Below are positions 62,960 to 64,000 of a stretch of DNA of 64,000 nt, one piece after another. The DNA comes from Convolutriloba macropyga (lineage: Eukaryota), in contig NC_134470.1 of the NCBI RefSeq assembly GCF_964194025.1, positions 25,916,001 through 25,980,000 on the forward strand. Direction: 5' to 3'. Position 1 is the first letter of the stretch, and each line of letters opens with the position of its first letter. A program made the translations under genes and the position numbers. Under the pieces are notes generated by a model. That model did no database searches, had not been told where the DNA came from, and saw only the letters and a list, made by a program, of their open reading frames with translations.

Positions 62960-64000
62960 TCACCCTTCAGTGACCACCCCAAAGCCATCATTTTCCTTCG
63001 ACGCATCCAGATCCTCCTTTTCAAAATTCTCAGCACTAGCATCCATCAACCGTTTCTTGACTTTTTTCGAGTCCCGTGCACAATCATTTATCGACTTTCG
63101 CGCAAGATACCATTGTCCAGGGAAACGCTCCTCGACCATCTTCTGAATTTTTTCCATGCGCTCAGGATCTAAAGCTGGTTTTGTTGCCTTCTCTGGTTGC
63201 GCAATTCCTCTAATTCGCTCATCTAAGGTGAATAATCTTTTAAAAAGATTAATACCAAATTTACCGGGCGTGCTCCCGGGCAGCTTATTGAGCACTTCGC
63301 CTCCTTCAATAAATTGCTCGCACGCACTGGCTTTCGGTGTTGGCTGCGCCGAAACTTCAGGAGCGTTAGAGTCTAGAAGCTTTCGAATATTTCGAGAATC
63401 TCGTCTTTGGATGTTCAATGCTTCGGTGACGAGCTTGAGCGTTTCACAAACGCTTTCTAGAGTCTCTACAAGGCGTTTATTTTGAACTTGATTAACAGCA
63501 ACTTCCACATTCTCGCTTACTTCTGGTTCATCGTTTACATCGTTGATCATTGCTGTTTCAGCCTCTTGATTTGGTTGATGTGTTTCCTCGTTATCAGACA
63601 AGTTAATAGACTCATTATCGCTCTCTACCCGGATTGACTTCGATCCTGACTGCACCGGTTCTGTCGCTTTTCGTTTTCCGGAAAAGAACGACACGATGTC
63701 GCCATCTTTCTTTTGCGGGGGTTGACTTTTGCAATTTTGAGACTTGGAACTGTCTGGCAGTTCTTCATGAAGATCAGAGAACGTTAAATCAACCATTTCT
63801 GTAGAGGACACATTGTCAATCCTGTTTTCTACTTGCGTGAGTACTTGCCTCTCAGAATCCTCAGAATCCGTCACACCAATGAACTTAGCGTGAAAAGTAC
63901 CCTCGTCATAGCGCAACGGTAGTTTTTTGTTCGAGCCCGGCGCATTCGCGAACTTCAATCGTTCCGAGTAGTTTAAGTCCTTCGGCCAAAACTTGCTATT
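62960..64000 (-). CDS. BEN-domain protein (BEN-2), 5' end beyond the window
   Basis: Frame is open to the window edge (NSKFWPKDLNYSERLKF...). Acidic linker and coiled coil, then FGINLFKRLFTLDERIRG...ALDPERMEKIQKMVEERF...WYLARKSINDCARD. Paralogous to BEN-1 (GSTPGKFG vs GATPGAYG). Confidence 0.82.
   Translation of the reverse strand, partial: NSKFWPKDLNYSERLKFANAPGSNKKLPLRYDEGTFHAKFIGVTDSEDSERQVLTQVENRIDNVSSTEMVDLTFSDLHEELPDSSKSQNCKSQPPQKKDGDIVSFFSGKRKATEPVQSGSKSIRVESDNESINLSDNEETHQPNQEAETAMINDVNDEPEVSENVEVAVNQVQNKRLVETLESVCETLKLVTEALNIQRRDSRNIRKLLDSNAPEVSAQPTPKASACEQFIEGGEVLNKLPGSTPGKFGINLFKRLFTLDERIRGIAQPEKATKPALDPERMEKIQKMVEERFPGQWYLARKSINDCARDSKKVKKRLMDASAENFEKEDLDASKENDGFGVVTEG

Larger units (their letters stand above)
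47080..64000 (-). mobile_element. Candidate giant CACTA/EnSpm-type (CMC) DNA transposon carrying chromatin-related genes and an internal satellite; the other end lies beyond the window
   Basis: CMC-type transposase at 56556-59734 and three co-oriented accessory genes. The satellite abuts the transposase 3' end, followed by short subterminal-like repeats ending near CCCGGTGCTAC at 47080. The boundary is inferred, since the second terminus is not visible. Confidence 0.65.

Overview
AT-rich, intron-containing eukaryotic DNA (probably an invertebrate animal; inference), repeat-rich, with a 200-N gap at 22901-23100. The left part (1-22.9 kb) is mostly non-coding, with nested tandem duplications and one intronless single-TM ORF. 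The middle holds at least six in-phase exons of a minus-strand WD40-repeat gene (TEP1-like by recalled collinear similarity). Its introns carry an internally deleted Gypsy LTR retrotransposon (5-bp TSD AGCCC) and two inverted-repeat elements. A second nested duplication (36.5-44.5 kb) and the first exon of an acyl-CoA synthetase/luciferase-like gene follow. The highlight is ~47.1-64 kb, an apparent giant CACTA/EnSpm-type (CMC) DNA transposon. Its transposase is reconstructed as an intact two-exon gene (~1014 aa) with an N-terminal Suv4-20/Set9-like SET domain. Three co-oriented genes accompany it: an HTH-psq/CENP-B-HTH/PHD-like protein lacking a DDE domain and two BEN-domain proteins. It also carries three copies of a ~290-bp upstream module and an ~8.7-kb array of a ~361-bp satellite. 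All protein family calls come from motif recognition by eye; no searches were run.
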